Shown here in pieces: positions 9,486 through 18,885 of a stretch of DNA of 64,000 nucleotides. How positions within the stretch are numbered: the first letter of the stretch is position 1; each line of letters starts with the position of its first letter. A program made the position numbers and the translations under genes. Source of the stretch: an uncultured Eubacteriales bacterium (GTDB taxonomy: Bacteria > Bacillota > Clostridia > Oscillospirales > CAG-272). Location: assembly GCA_900545935.1 (NCBI GenBank), contig URAP01000006.1, positions 2,669 to 66,668 of the forward strand, written 5' to 3'. The notes beneath the pieces are model-generated. The model worked only from the letters and a program-made list of their open reading frames with translations, searched no databases and was not told where the DNA came from.

Positions 9486-10769
9486 TTACTTGCTTATAGT
9501 ATCCCACGCGAAGTTTGCCATAACCGAGCCCTGGAATGGATCGAGGAAGCAGGTACGGAAATAGAAGTCATGTCCCTCGGTTACCGATGCATTGGTGCAG
9601 GAAACGCCGATGGCGGGGATGCCTGCTGCCGCAAAGGTATCTGCTGCTGCGATGGAAACACCGGAGCCGTAGGAGCCGAGCGAGATGAGCGCATGCTGGT
9701 TGACGATGTTGGAAGCTGCGGTAACCGCCTGCTCGTCGACCGAGCCGTTATCGGAGACGTACAGCTCAACGGTGTACTCCTCGCCTGCGATAGTTACCTT
9801 GTTGTCGAGGCTGTTAGCGTACTGAGCGCCGATGACCTCCTGCTTACCGCCTGCGGCATTATCGCCCGAGGTAGGCTCAAATACGCCGATAACGATCTTC
9901 TTGCCCTCGGTATCGAGCTTGACACCGTCGGTGGTGTAGGTGGCGGGAGTGCCCTGAGTTGCGTCGTTTGCGACGGTCTGAGTCTTGACAAACTCAAACT
10001 TGCCGTCGCCTGCCTTCTTTATGTATGCGCAGTCCTTGATAGCGTCGCCGTTCTTGTCGAATGTGATGTCGCCGGTAACGCCGCCCTTGTAGTTGAGCTT
10101 CCAGAGTGCGGTAGCGATATCGACCGAGGTCATATCGGCACCCTTTTCCTCTGCAGCTGCGCGGATAGCGCTGAGTGCTACATTGTAAGCGTCAAAGCCG
10201 AGAGCGGACACGGCTGCTACGATATCGTTGCCGCCGTTCATCTGGAGCTTGTCGGGATTATCTGCGAGCCACTTCTTGAAGCCGGTGACGAAGTTGCCTG
10301 CCGCCTCGGAGGAGGTATCGGACTCGTCGAAGAAGGTGGAGCAGTAGACATCAAGATCGGTGCCCTTTACAGCGTCGAGAATTACCGAGTGCTCCCATGT
10401 GTCGCCTGCCATGATCGGGCATGTGACGCCGACATCGTTTGCGTTCTTGAGCAGATTAGCCGCAACGGTTGTGGAGTTGGGGGCGAAGATCACGGCAGCC
10501 TTCTTGTCGATAGCCTTCTGAAGGTAATCGGAGAAGTTGGTCGTGTTCTTTACGAAGGTCTCCATTATAACCTCACCGCCGAGCTTTTCAAAGGCGGTCT
10601 GAAAGTTGCTTGCGAGACCGAGCGAGTAGGTGTCGCCTTTCTCCGCGAGAACGTATGCGACGGGTTTATCGCCGGTGGCCTGGTCGCCGTCGGTGGAGGT
10701 CTGTCCGCATCCCGTGATGCAGAGGCTGACCATGACGATGGCGAGGACAAGTGCAAAAAACTTTTTCAT
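9486..10769 (-). CDS. Type I (Leu/Ile/Val-type) substrate-binding lipoprotein with apparently circularly permuted domain order
   Basis: A GGAGG SD precedes the ATG at 10769. Lipobox is LCITGC. Residues 35-263 match the C-terminal half of LivJ/K-type proteins and residues 290-427 match the N-terminal half (KKIVIGVFEPTSGDNAAGG...). Confidence 0.8.
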   Translation of the reverse strand: MKKFFALVLAIVMVSLCITGCGQTSTDGDQATGDKPVAYVLAEKGDTYSLGLASNFQTAFEKLGGEVIMETFVKNTTNFSDYLQKAIDKKAAVIFAPNSTTVAANLLKNANDVGVTCPIMAGDTWEHSVILDAVKGTDLDVYCSTFFDESDTSSEAAGNFVTGFKKWLADNPDKLQMNGGNDIVAAVSALGFDAYNVALSAIRAAAEEKGADMTSVDIATALWKLNYKGGVTGDITFDKNGDAIKDCAYIKKAGDGKFEFVKTQTVANDATQGTPATYTTDGVKLDTEGKKIVIGVFEPTSGDNAAGGKQEVIGAQYANSLDNKVTIAGEEYTVELYVSDNGSVDEQAVTAASNIVNQHALISLGSYGSGVSIAAADTFAAAGIPAIGVSCTNASVTEGHDFYFRTCFLDPFQGSVMANFAWDTISK

Positions 10770-10850
10770 ATGCTTTTCCTCCATGTTTCTTTCGGTTTGC
10801 GTTTTCCCGAAACAAGCTATATTCGTGCGCAAACCGCATATATTACAAAT

Positions 10851-10879
10851 AGTATATAACATTTTTTTGCATTAGTCAA
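10851..10879 (-). promoter_or_regulatory. Promoter of the liv operon
   Basis: On the minus strand: TTGACT, a 17-nt spacer, then TATACT. The leader to the ATG at 10769 is about 75 nt. Confidence 0.55.
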
Positions 10880-11417
10880 GTATTTTGAATTGAAATATGA
10901 CATAATAAAGATTTTTTTTGAAATCGGTGTTAACGATATTTTGGCAATAAGACGAGATATTTCCTTTTTATGCTTCAAATGCAATTAAAAGGATTCGGAT
11001 GAGAGTTGTGATATTGCCTTACAGTCTCGCTTGTCGGCATTATCCGTAACCCCGTATTCCGCCGTTTTTTTGCCGGCGTTTGCCGCACCCGATCTAATGG
11101 CTTGCCGTATTCGCTGCGAAAATCCGTCCATGCATTATATTCGTGCGGCGGCGGAATGGTTACGTGCATTGCACAGATATGTTTTATTCGCGGTTTTTTT
11201 ACGGCGTCTGTTTCCGCAGTGTATCCCGCTCTACGGTCGGAAGCCGTCGCTTTTGACGGTAATTTCCGAGGCTGTGCTTTTTTGAGTCGTATATACATAT
11301 TTACTCTTTATTTTGCGCGGATGATGTGATATAATAAGGTAAACAATGCGGTGTGCCGTACGATCCGTCGGCAGCTTGCCGCGAACTGTATATACTATTA
11401 TATGGAGGGAAACTTCT

Positions 11418-12218
11418 ATGAAATGCACACACTGCAATTTTACTACTGCGGAGCGGATATCCTACTGCCCTAACTGCGGTGCGCCGATGGTGCCCGAAGA
11501 GCAGATGTATACCGCACCCGGTCAGAATGCTGCGGAGAGCGGCTCGCGCACCTTTGCGGCGCTCGGCAGCGGTCTCTTCCTCGCGCTATGCATACTTGTA
11601 AGCGCATCTACGCTCATAGGCTGCTTTCTGGGCAGCTATTCGGTAATCGGAGTGCTCTTTACCGTCTTTCTGTGGATGGTCTTTGCCGCGCGCCGAAGCG
11701 GAAGGATCGACACTGCGCGTCTGCGCTGCATCAGCGGTACCGTTCTTGCTCAAATGATAGTTGCGCTGGTGTTAGGCGGTCTTCTTGCCGTACTCGCCGT
11801 TCTGATTATGGTCATCTCACATGCGTTTGGTTCGGGAATACTCGTTCAGAGCATTCATGATGTGCTCAATTATTTGTATCCCGGGGCGATCGGCAGCTTC
11901 GGATGGCTCACGTCGGGAGTTATTTCTGCATATGCCGCCGTTATCGGCATTGTGCTTATTGTAAATGCGGCGGCTTTTATCACTATCGCTATCATCGGCT
12001 GGGGAAAGCTCCATCGCTTCGTACGTTCGGTATACAGACATGAGCTCGATCCGAGCGTTCCGTATGAGTGCGCTTCGGGTGCACGTGCATGGGCGATCGT
12101 TTTTGCGTCCTTTTGCGGACTCGGGATCGCTTTCACGGGATTTTTCGGTGCATGCAGCTGCGCGGCATACATAATTTTCGCGCTCATTATCGGTAAGTAT
12201 TTCATCCGGAAGGGCTAA
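11418..12218 (+). CDS. Zinc-ribbon (CxxC-x10-CxxC) multi-pass membrane protein
   Basis: A GGAGGGA SD (11404-11410) precedes the ATG at 11418. MKCTHCNFTTAERISYCPNCG is followed by several hydrophobic helices. Confidence 0.7.
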   Translation: MKCTHCNFTTAERISYCPNCGAPMVPEEQMYTAPGQNAAESGSRTFAALGSGLFLALCILVSASTLIGCFLGSYSVIGVLFTVFLWMVFAARRSGRIDTARLRCISGTVLAQMIVALVLGGLLAVLAVLIMVISHAFGSGILVQSIHDVLNYLYPGAIGSFGWLTSGVISAYAAVIGIVLIVNAAAFITIAIIGWGKLHRFVRSVYRHELDPSVPYECASGARAWAIVFASFCGLGIAFTGFFGACSCAAYIIFALIIGKYFIRKG

Positions 12219-12528
12219 TGATGATATTTTTCCGCACTGCGCACGTTCAATTCTCTCTGTTATGCTTAAAGGCGATTGGGGGCAAAAGCGTATAAGCAAA
12301 ACCGGTGGGATAGATAGAATTGTTCGGGGTGTGCGGCTTTGTTACTTCGAGCGTGCAAATGTACGTCGAGGAGCGAGAATGCCCGCAGAAAAAGTGAATT
12401 TCATTCTTTCGGAAAAAACCAATGAAATTTTCTTCGTTTTTTTCGGCTCTTATATTGTACCAAAGCGGAATATTCTCATTTTTTACTTTTTCGGTTCGGA
12501 TTTTTTGTGTCCCCGTTTTCGTTTATAC

Positions 12529-12557
12529 TTGCATCCCGGGTCTGTTTGTGATACAAT
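12529..12557 (+). promoter_or_regulatory. Promoter of the patatin-like gene
   Basis: TTGCAT, a 17-nt spacer, then TGaTACAAT (extended -10). Confidence 0.55.
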
Positions 12558-12598
12558 GTGAAAAACAGCTGAGACAGGTTATACGGAGGTAGGATGCT

Positions 12599-13441
12599 AT
12601 GAAAACGGCACTTGTTCTTGAGGGCGGAGCTATGAGAGGTATGTATACCGCAGGTGTGCTCGATGTGCTGATAGAAGCGGGTGCGCACTTTGACGGCGTT
12701 ATAGGCGTATCGGCGGGCGCGCTGTTCGGCATGAATTTTCTTTCAGGGCAGAAGGGCAGGGCACTGCGCTACAACCAAAAGTACAACAGTGACCGCAATT
12801 ATATGGGTCTGCGTCCGCTGCTGCGAGAGGGAAATATCGTCTCTACCGACTATGCGTACAGCCGCGTGCCGTTCGTGCTCGACCCCTTTGACAACGAAAA
12901 GTTCAAGAAAAATCCCACTCCTTTCTACGCCGTTATGACCAATATCGTGACAGGAAAGCCGGAATATAAGCGTATACGGGATGTTTTTGAACAGGTGGAT
13001 TGCCTGCGTGCCTCCGGCTCGATGCCGTATGTCTCCCGTCCGGTCGTTATCGGCGGGAAAAAATATCTCGACGGTGCTATCACAGACAGTATTCCGTATG
13101 ACTTTATGCTGTCCAAGGGCTATGACCGCCTGCTCGTCGTGCTCACAAAGTGCGACGGCTACAAGAAGAAGCCCGCATCGCCGATAATGGCGGATCTGCG
13201 CTACGGACTGAGATATCCCGAGCTTGCCATGCGCATCAAGACCCGTCATGTGATGTATAACTCTCAGATATCGCGGTTGAAAAAGCTCGAGCATCGCGGC
13301 GTTGCCGATGTGTTGCGCCCGTCGGTTCATGTCGATCTGAGCAAGACCGAAAAGGATCCGAAAAAGCTCGAGGCGCTGTATCGCGTCGGCGTTGAGGACG
13401 CGCATGAATATATCGCGGCGCACGGTGTACCGGGCAGATAA
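12599..13441 (+). CDS. Patatin-like phospholipase
   Basis: Oxyanion motif EGGAMRG and nucleophile elbow GVSAGA. SD GGAGGTAGG lies upstream. Confidence 0.85.
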   Translation: MKTALVLEGGAMRGMYTAGVLDVLIEAGAHFDGVIGVSAGALFGMNFLSGQKGRALRYNQKYNSDRNYMGLRPLLREGNIVSTDYAYSRVPFVLDPFDNEKFKKNPTPFYAVMTNIVTGKPEYKRIRDVFEQVDCLRASGSMPYVSRPVVIGGKKYLDGAITDSIPYDFMLSKGYDRLLVVLTKCDGYKKKPASPIMADLRYGLRYPELAMRIKTRHVMYNSQISRLKKLEHRGVADVLRPSVHVDLSKTEKDPKKLEALYRVGVEDAHEYIAAHGVPGR

Positions 13442-13491
13442 GCGCCTTAGACGAATATGCCGCATATACAGTTTAATATGTAGGAATTTTA

Positions 13492-13532
13492 CAGCACCGC
13501 TCCGATACATCGGGGCGGCGCTGTCGTTTTTT
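13492..13532 (+). terminator. Terminator of the patatin-like gene
   Basis: CAGCACCGC...GCGGCGCTG stem followed by a T-run (13526-13532). Confidence 0.6.
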
Positions 13533-13762
13533 CGGCTCGTTGCCGTTTTTATATGTGCCGATATAATGTTTCGTCTTATAATTCGGTTATGAGGTGTTGT
13601 ATCGAATTACATGCCGTATGTGGGTATCGTACAGCTTTTTGAACTCGTCATGTGTGAGCTGTGCTATGTTTTTTTGCCTTAAATCTGCGGATGCTTTGCT
13701 GCTTCGCGCACTTAACAGCCGTTTGTTTTAGAATATTTTACCTTTGCTTTACCTTGCTGTTA

Positions 13763-13791
13763 TTGACAATCGGACGCTTTTTTGATACAAT
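13763..13791 (+). promoter_or_regulatory. Promoter of pyk
   Basis: TTGACA, a 17-nt spacer, then TGaTACAAT. The leader is about 135 nt. Confidence 0.6.
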
Positions 13792-13932
13792 GACTATGAA
13801 TTTGATTTTAAGGTAAGAGACGGCAGTTGCCGCAATAGGCCGCAAGCGAGCTGCTCTGTTTCGGTATTTTAAGCGCGGCGCGACTGCCGGTGATCTCCCG
13901 AGGGGATCACTGCTCGTACATGGGAGGATGAC

Positions 13933-15348
13933 ATGATGAGAAAGACGAAGATAGTATGTACGATAGGACCCGCCTGCGAGGATGAGCAGACTCTGATAGA
14001 TATGGTAAAAGCGGGGATGAACGTCGCAAGACTGAATTTTTCCCATGGCAGACACGAGGAGCATCAGGAGAAGATTGATCTTATCAAGGCGGTGCGAAGC
14101 AAGCTCGGCGTTCCGCTCGCGATAATGCTCGATACCAAGGGACCCGAGTACCGTATAGGCACCTTTAAAGATAAGAAAGCCATCCTCCGTCAGGGCGATC
14201 GCTTTGTGTTCACTCCCGATGATATCGAGGGAGACGAGACGCGCGTTTCGGTCAGCTATAAGAATCTTGCCGATGAGCTCGGTGCGGGCGATCAGGTGCT
14301 TGTCAACAACGGACTGCTGATATTCACCGTTACCGCGATAGAGGGCAGAGATGTCGTCTGCCGCGTGGATGAGGGCGGCGAGATATCCAACCGCAAGAGC
14401 ATGAGCTTCCCCGGAAAGGTGCTGCATCAGATATACCTGAGCGAGCACGACAAGGAGGATCTGCTTTTCGGTATTAAAAATGATGTTGATTATATCGCCT
14501 GCTCTTTTGTATCCTGCAAGCAGGATGTTCTCGATGTGGTAAACTTTCTACGCGAAAACGGCGCAGATAAGATGGGCATCATAGCTAAGATAGAAAACCG
14601 CTCGGGTATAGATAATATAGAAGATATCTGCTCGGTATGCGACGGCATAATGATAGGCAGAGGCGATATGGGCGTTGAGATACCGTTCGAGGAGCTTCCG
14701 GCGATACAGAAGGGACTTATCACAAAGTGCCGCCTGCTCGGCAAGCGCGTTATCACCGCGACCGAGATGCTCGAGTCGATGATAAACAATCCCCGCCCGA
14801 CGAGAGCGGAGATATCCGACGTTGCAAATGCGGTATACGACGGTACGAGTGCTATCATGCTCTCCGGCGAAACTGCGGCAGGCAAGCACCCCGTGCTGAC
14901 CGTTGCAACTATGTCGAAAATAGCCGAGGCGACCGAGGAGAGCATAAGCTACCGCGAGCGCTTTCACAATGCGACATTTCGTATTCGCAACGAGATAGAT
15001 GCTATCTCGCACTCGGTCTGCGGCATGGCGATGGATATCAGCGCTAAGGCTATCGTCGTATGCTCGATATCCGGCATGACCGCGCGCATGGTCTCTCGTT
15101 TCCGCCCGCCGGTCGATATTATCGGACTTTCGGTAAACGAAAAAACGTGGCATCAGCTCTCGCTCTCGTGGGGCGTTACACCGGTAATGTGCGAGCTTTA
15201 TCCCTCGACAGATGTGCTCTTTTATACCGCAAAGCGGCTCGCCAAGCAGACGCTCGGTCTGCAGAAGGGCGACCGTATAATTATTACCGGCGGCACCGCG
15301 ACCGGAACCACAGGCAATACAAACACGATACGCGTTGAGACTATATGA
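13933..15348 (+). CDS. pyk: Pyruvate kinase
   Basis: KIVCTIGPA, NVARLNFSHG and MVARGDLG-like (IMIGRGDMGVEIP) motifs; 471 aa. Confidence 0.95.
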   Translation: MMRKTKIVCTIGPACEDEQTLIDMVKAGMNVARLNFSHGRHEEHQEKIDLIKAVRSKLGVPLAIMLDTKGPEYRIGTFKDKKAILRQGDRFVFTPDDIEGDETRVSVSYKNLADELGAGDQVLVNNGLLIFTVTAIEGRDVVCRVDEGGEISNRKSMSFPGKVLHQIYLSEHDKEDLLFGIKNDVDYIACSFVSCKQDVLDVVNFLRENGADKMGIIAKIENRSGIDNIEDICSVCDGIMIGRGDMGVEIPFEELPAIQKGLITKCRLLGKRVITATEMLESMINNPRPTRAEISDVANAVYDGTSAIMLSGETAAGKHPVLTVATMSKIAEATEESISYRERFHNATFRIRNEIDAISHSVCGMAMDISAKAIVVCSISGMTARMVSRFRPPVDIIGLSVNEKTWHQLSLSWGVTPVMCELYPSTDVLFYTAKRLAKQTLGLQKGDRIIITGGTATGTTGNTNTIRVETI

Positions 15349-15388
15349 GCGCACCGAAATAATTGAATAATGATAATATAGATGTTTT

Positions 15389-15450
15389 GCGGCAATATCT
15401 TTGCCGTTTGTGCCGGGACTGTTAAAACTTGTTTTTTAACAGTCCTTTTT
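15389..15450 (+). terminator. Tandem terminators after pyk
   Basis: Hairpin GCGGCAA/TTGCCGT (15389-15407), then GGACTGTTAAAA-loop-TTTTAACAGTCC with T5 (15416-15450). Confidence 0.7.
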
Positions 15451-15932
15451 CTTTTGCTTCCCGCCTGATTAAAACGAGATGATCACTTATTCACATTTTC
15501 GATTCGGTTTTTTCGCCTTTTTCAATCCGGGTATTTTAGCATCACTATCCTTTTTCGCGATTTTGATTGGCAGATGCTTTATCCGCACGCTGTTTTTTTC
15601 TTTTTTACGTATTTTTTTTAAAAAAACGGATATACAAAATTATATCGAATTAATATATTTGCTATTCACCATATGAATAACAGAAAATACGCTATCGTTT
15701 CACCGAATATGGGAACATAATGTAAGTAAATCTATTATAAGGAATTGAATATCTAAAATTAAGGCATACTTCAATATATCAGGCGGCGGTATTTGGTGAT
15801 AATGACGGCATTTTCGATAACATAATTTGGTAAATCGCATCCATAAAATATAATTTCAAAAATAAAAATGTGATTTTATAACATAATAGCTATCTTTTTC
15901 ACATCTTGTATCGAAAAAACTCTCAAAAAGAC

Positions 15933-15961
15933 TTGATTATTTTCAAAAAGTGTGTTATTAT
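15933..15961 (+). promoter_or_regulatory. Promoter of the sugar ABC operon
   Basis: TTGATT, a 17-nt spacer, then TGtTATTAT. This predicts a leader of about 300 nt. Confidence 0.5.
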
Positions 15962-15982
15962 GAACTCGCAAATAAGAAATCC

Positions 15983-15999
15983 GTGAAGAATTTCTTCAC
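15983..15999. promoter_or_regulatory. 17-bp palindrome just downstream of the sugar ABC promoter (candidate operator)
   Basis: GTGAAGAA-t-TTCTTCAC. Confidence 0.35.
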
Positions 16000-16267
16000 T
16001 CTTTGTTTTCGGAATCCGTAATTATATAGTTTTCTTTGACTTTGAATTATTGTGGTTGCCTCTTCTGTACTTACCCCGCCGGATGCGGATCGGTCAGAGA
16101 AAAAACAAAGGGTGAATTTTTTCTTCTCGCAGCCGGACGGGCACTTAGGAGGGTGTCGACGGACTGCGTTTACCCTCCGTGCAGCGATCGCAGTCGATCA
16201 TCGGTCGGCGCAGTCGGATGAGGGAACGCGATTATTCGTAAAAAACTCAAGGAGGAGAACATACCAA

Positions 16268-17767
16268 ATGGAAAAAACGGTTCTTAAAATGAGCGGTATA
16301 TCAAAGCAGTTCTCGGGCGTGTATGCGCTGCGTGATGTCAGCTTTGATCTGCGCGAGGGTGAAGTGCACGCGCTCATGGGTGAGAACGGAGCCGGAAAAT
16401 CCACTCTGATGAAGATCCTATGCGGAATATACCCGCGGGACGGCGGAGAGGTGGAGCTTTTCGGAAAGCCGGTCGAGTTCAAAAACATTTCGGAGTCTCA
16501 GGCGGCGGGTATCAGCATCATACATCAGGAGCTGAATATGATGAACCACCTGACTGTTGCGCAGAACATCTACATCGGCAGAGAACCGAAAAAGGGTATC
16601 TTTATCGACGACAAAAAGATGATCGAGGACGCACAGAAGCTCTTCGAGCATATCGGGGTCAATATCGACCCGTCGGTAAAGCTCGGCAGTCTGACGGTCG
16701 GTAAACAGCAGATGGTCGAGATAGCCAAGGCGGTCTCGCACGAGAGCAGGATACTTGTTCTTGACGAGCCGACGGCGGCGCTGACCGAGGCGGAGGTCGA
16801 GGAGCTGTTTGCCATCATGAACGATCTGCGTTCGCGCGGTATCGGCATGATCTACATCTCGCACCGTATGAACGAGATCACGAGGATATCCGACCGCGTT
16901 ACCGTAATGCGTGACGGAACCTATGTCGGTACGGTCAATACTGCCGACACCACAAAGGACGAGATAGTAAAGATGATGGTCGGACGAGTTATCCTCGGCG
17001 ACCACAAGCAGCAGAGCACCTGCCCGCCGGATGCGGAGACGGTACTTGAGGTCCGTGGGCTGTGTTCGGGCAGGGCGGTTCGCGATGTCAGCTTTACGCT
17101 ACGGCGCGGCGAGATACTCGGCTTTGCCGGACTCATGGGCGCGGGCAGAACGGAGACGGCGAGAGCTATCTACGGCGCAGACCCGATAGACAGCGGCGAG
17201 ATATACATCCGCGGGCAGAAGGTGACGCTCGGAACACCGCAAAAGGCGGTCAAGGCAGGTATCTGCTACCTTTCGGAGGACAGAAAGCGCTACGGTCTTA
17301 TGCTTGACAAATCGGTCGCGGAGAATACCGCGCTTGCCTCACTCGACAGTTTTATTTCCGGCGGCTTTATCCGCGACGGAAAGATAGTTCAGGCTGCGGA
17401 AGAGTATAACGCAAAGCTCAGGACCAAGACTCCCTCGATGCAGCAGAAGCTGCGCAACCTCTCGGGCGGAAACCAGCAGAAGGTCGTTATCGCCCGTTGG
17501 CTGCTGCGCGACTCGGATATCTTTATATTCGACGAGCCTACGAGAGGAATCGATATCGGAGCAAAGAGCGAGATATATACCCTTATCGAACAGCTTGCGG
17601 CGGACGGAAAGGCGATAATCGTCATATCCTCGGAGCTTGCCGAGATACAGCGCGTGTGTGACCGTGTCATAGTTATGTGCGAGGGAAGAAAGACCGCAGA
17701 GCTTGACATCGGCGACGCGACGCAGGAAGAAATAATGAAATACGCGACCATGAGGGAGGAGATATAA
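16268..17767 (+). CDS. Sugar (ribose/galactoside-type) ABC transporter, duplicated ATP-binding protein
   Basis: An AAGGAGGAG SD precedes the ATG at 16268. Two ABC cassettes are present (GENGAGKST; LSGGNQQK). The 72-codon upstream extension in the track has no start signal. Confidence 0.9.
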   Translation: MEKTVLKMSGISKQFSGVYALRDVSFDLREGEVHALMGENGAGKSTLMKILCGIYPRDGGEVELFGKPVEFKNISESQAAGISIIHQELNMMNHLTVAQNIYIGREPKKGIFIDDKKMIEDAQKLFEHIGVNIDPSVKLGSLTVGKQQMVEIAKAVSHESRILVLDEPTAALTEAEVEELFAIMNDLRSRGIGMIYISHRMNEITRISDRVTVMRDGTYVGTVNTADTTKDEIVKMMVGRVILGDHKQQSTCPPDAETVLEVRGLCSGRAVRDVSFTLRRGEILGFAGLMGAGRTETARAIYGADPIDSGEIYIRGQKVTLGTPQKAVKAGICYLSEDRKRYGLMLDKSVAENTALASLDSFISGGFIRDGKIVQAAEEYNAKLRTKTPSMQQKLRNLSGGNQQKVVIARWLLRDSDIFIFDEPTRGIDIGAKSEIYTLIEQLAADGKAIIVISSELAEIQRVCDRVIVMCEGRKTAELDIGDATQEEIMKYATMREEI

Positions 17768-18805
17768 ATGGAACAAAAAAATAAAGGGCGTAAAAAGGTA
17801 TCGCTCGGTAATCTTATAATTCTGATAGCACTTATCGTGCTGATAGCACTGTTCTATCTGCTTAATCCGAATTTCCTTAATTCATATAATGTGCTGAGTA
17901 TGATGCAGTCGCTTGCACCGTATGCCATTATGGCTCTCGGTGTTACATTCGTCATCGCGACCGGCGGCATTGACCTCTCGATAGGTACGACGTGTATTGC
18001 GGCAGCGGTCATTGCCGGTAAATTCTATACCACCGGCGCATATCCGCTGTGGGCTGTTGTTCCGATCATGATCGCCATCGGCACCGCAGTCGGTCTGCTG
18101 AACGGTATTCTTATCGCAAAGCTCAAGATGCCCGCGTTTATCGCAACGCTCGGTACGATGATGCTCACGCGCGGACTCAGCGCTCTTATCGTAAAGGATC
18201 CTAACATCTTCTTCCCGACCGGCACATGGTTCAACAACGTGTTCTCTGCAGCGGGCAAGGTACCTACCGGATTGTTTTGGGTGCTCGGATTTATGCTGCT
18301 CTGCATGTATCTGATGTATAAAAACCGTATCGGCAGATATATACTCTCAATAGGAAGCAATGAGGAGGCTACGCGCCTCTCGGGTATCAATACCGACAAA
18401 TACAAGATCATCGCGTATGTATTCAGCGGCTGTGCAGCCGGAATCGCGGCTATCTTTTGGTCCGCTGCATTCCCGACCGTCGCCGCAGCTACCGGTAACG
18501 GCATGGAGCTTGACGCTATCGCCGGCGTTTACATCGGCGGAACGAGCGCGGCAGGCGGCGTTGCATCGGTCACAGGTTCGGCTATCGGCTCGCTCATGCT
18601 CGTTGTTATCCGCTCCGGACTTAACTTCGTTCTCGCGAGATTCAATATCAATCTCAATGCAACCTACGTTACCTACGTTCTCACCGGAATCATCGTTGTT
18701 GTTTCCGTCCTGATGGACGTTCTCAAGAACAAGGATGAGGGCAGAGTACGTTTGGATAAGAAAAAAATTAAAAAAACGGAAGGAGGACAGACGCAGTCAA
18801 AGTGA
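17768..18805 (+). CDS. Sugar ABC transporter permease (RbsC/MglC-like)
   Basis: Polytopic membrane protein that starts 1 nt after the ATPase stop. Confidence 0.85.
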   Translation: MEQKNKGRKKVSLGNLIILIALIVLIALFYLLNPNFLNSYNVLSMMQSLAPYAIMALGVTFVIATGGIDLSIGTTCIAAAVIAGKFYTTGAYPLWAVVPIMIAIGTAVGLLNGILIAKLKMPAFIATLGTMMLTRGLSALIVKDPNIFFPTGTWFNNVFSAAGKVPTGLFWVLGFMLLCMYLMYKNRIGRYILSIGSNEEATRLSGINTDKYKIIAYVFSGCAAGIAAIFWSAAFPTVAAATGNGMELDAIAGVYIGGTSAAGGVASVTGSAIGSLMLVVIRSGLNFVLARFNINLNATYVTYVLTGIIVVVSVLMDVLKNKDEGRVRLDKKKIKKTEGGQTQSK

Positions 18806-18885
18806 TCGGTCGTGCAGTACCGATCGAAAAGCAAGGATAAAATAAAAATAACCGCCATATGCGGAAAAAAGAGAGGAAAATTGAC

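Noticed and set aside
10881-10897. A CodY box next to the liv promoter (TATTTTGAATTGAAATA).
   Set aside because: It matches the AATTTTCWGAAAATT consensus poorly in every register and is indistinguishable from AT-rich background.
15570-15590. Isolated DnaA-box-like 9-mers (TTATCCGCA at 15578-15586; TGTGGATAG at about 9366) as a hint of a replication origin.
   Set aside because: These are single 8/9 matches with no clustering, no DUE arrangement, and no adjacent dnaA or dnaN.
15479-15676. A 65-aa ORF in the AT-rich island (MITYSHFRFGFFAFFN...).
   Set aside because: It is a Phe/Ile/Leu-rich translation of T-rich DNA, with no SD and no promoter in a suitable position. It overlaps the region just after the pyk terminators.
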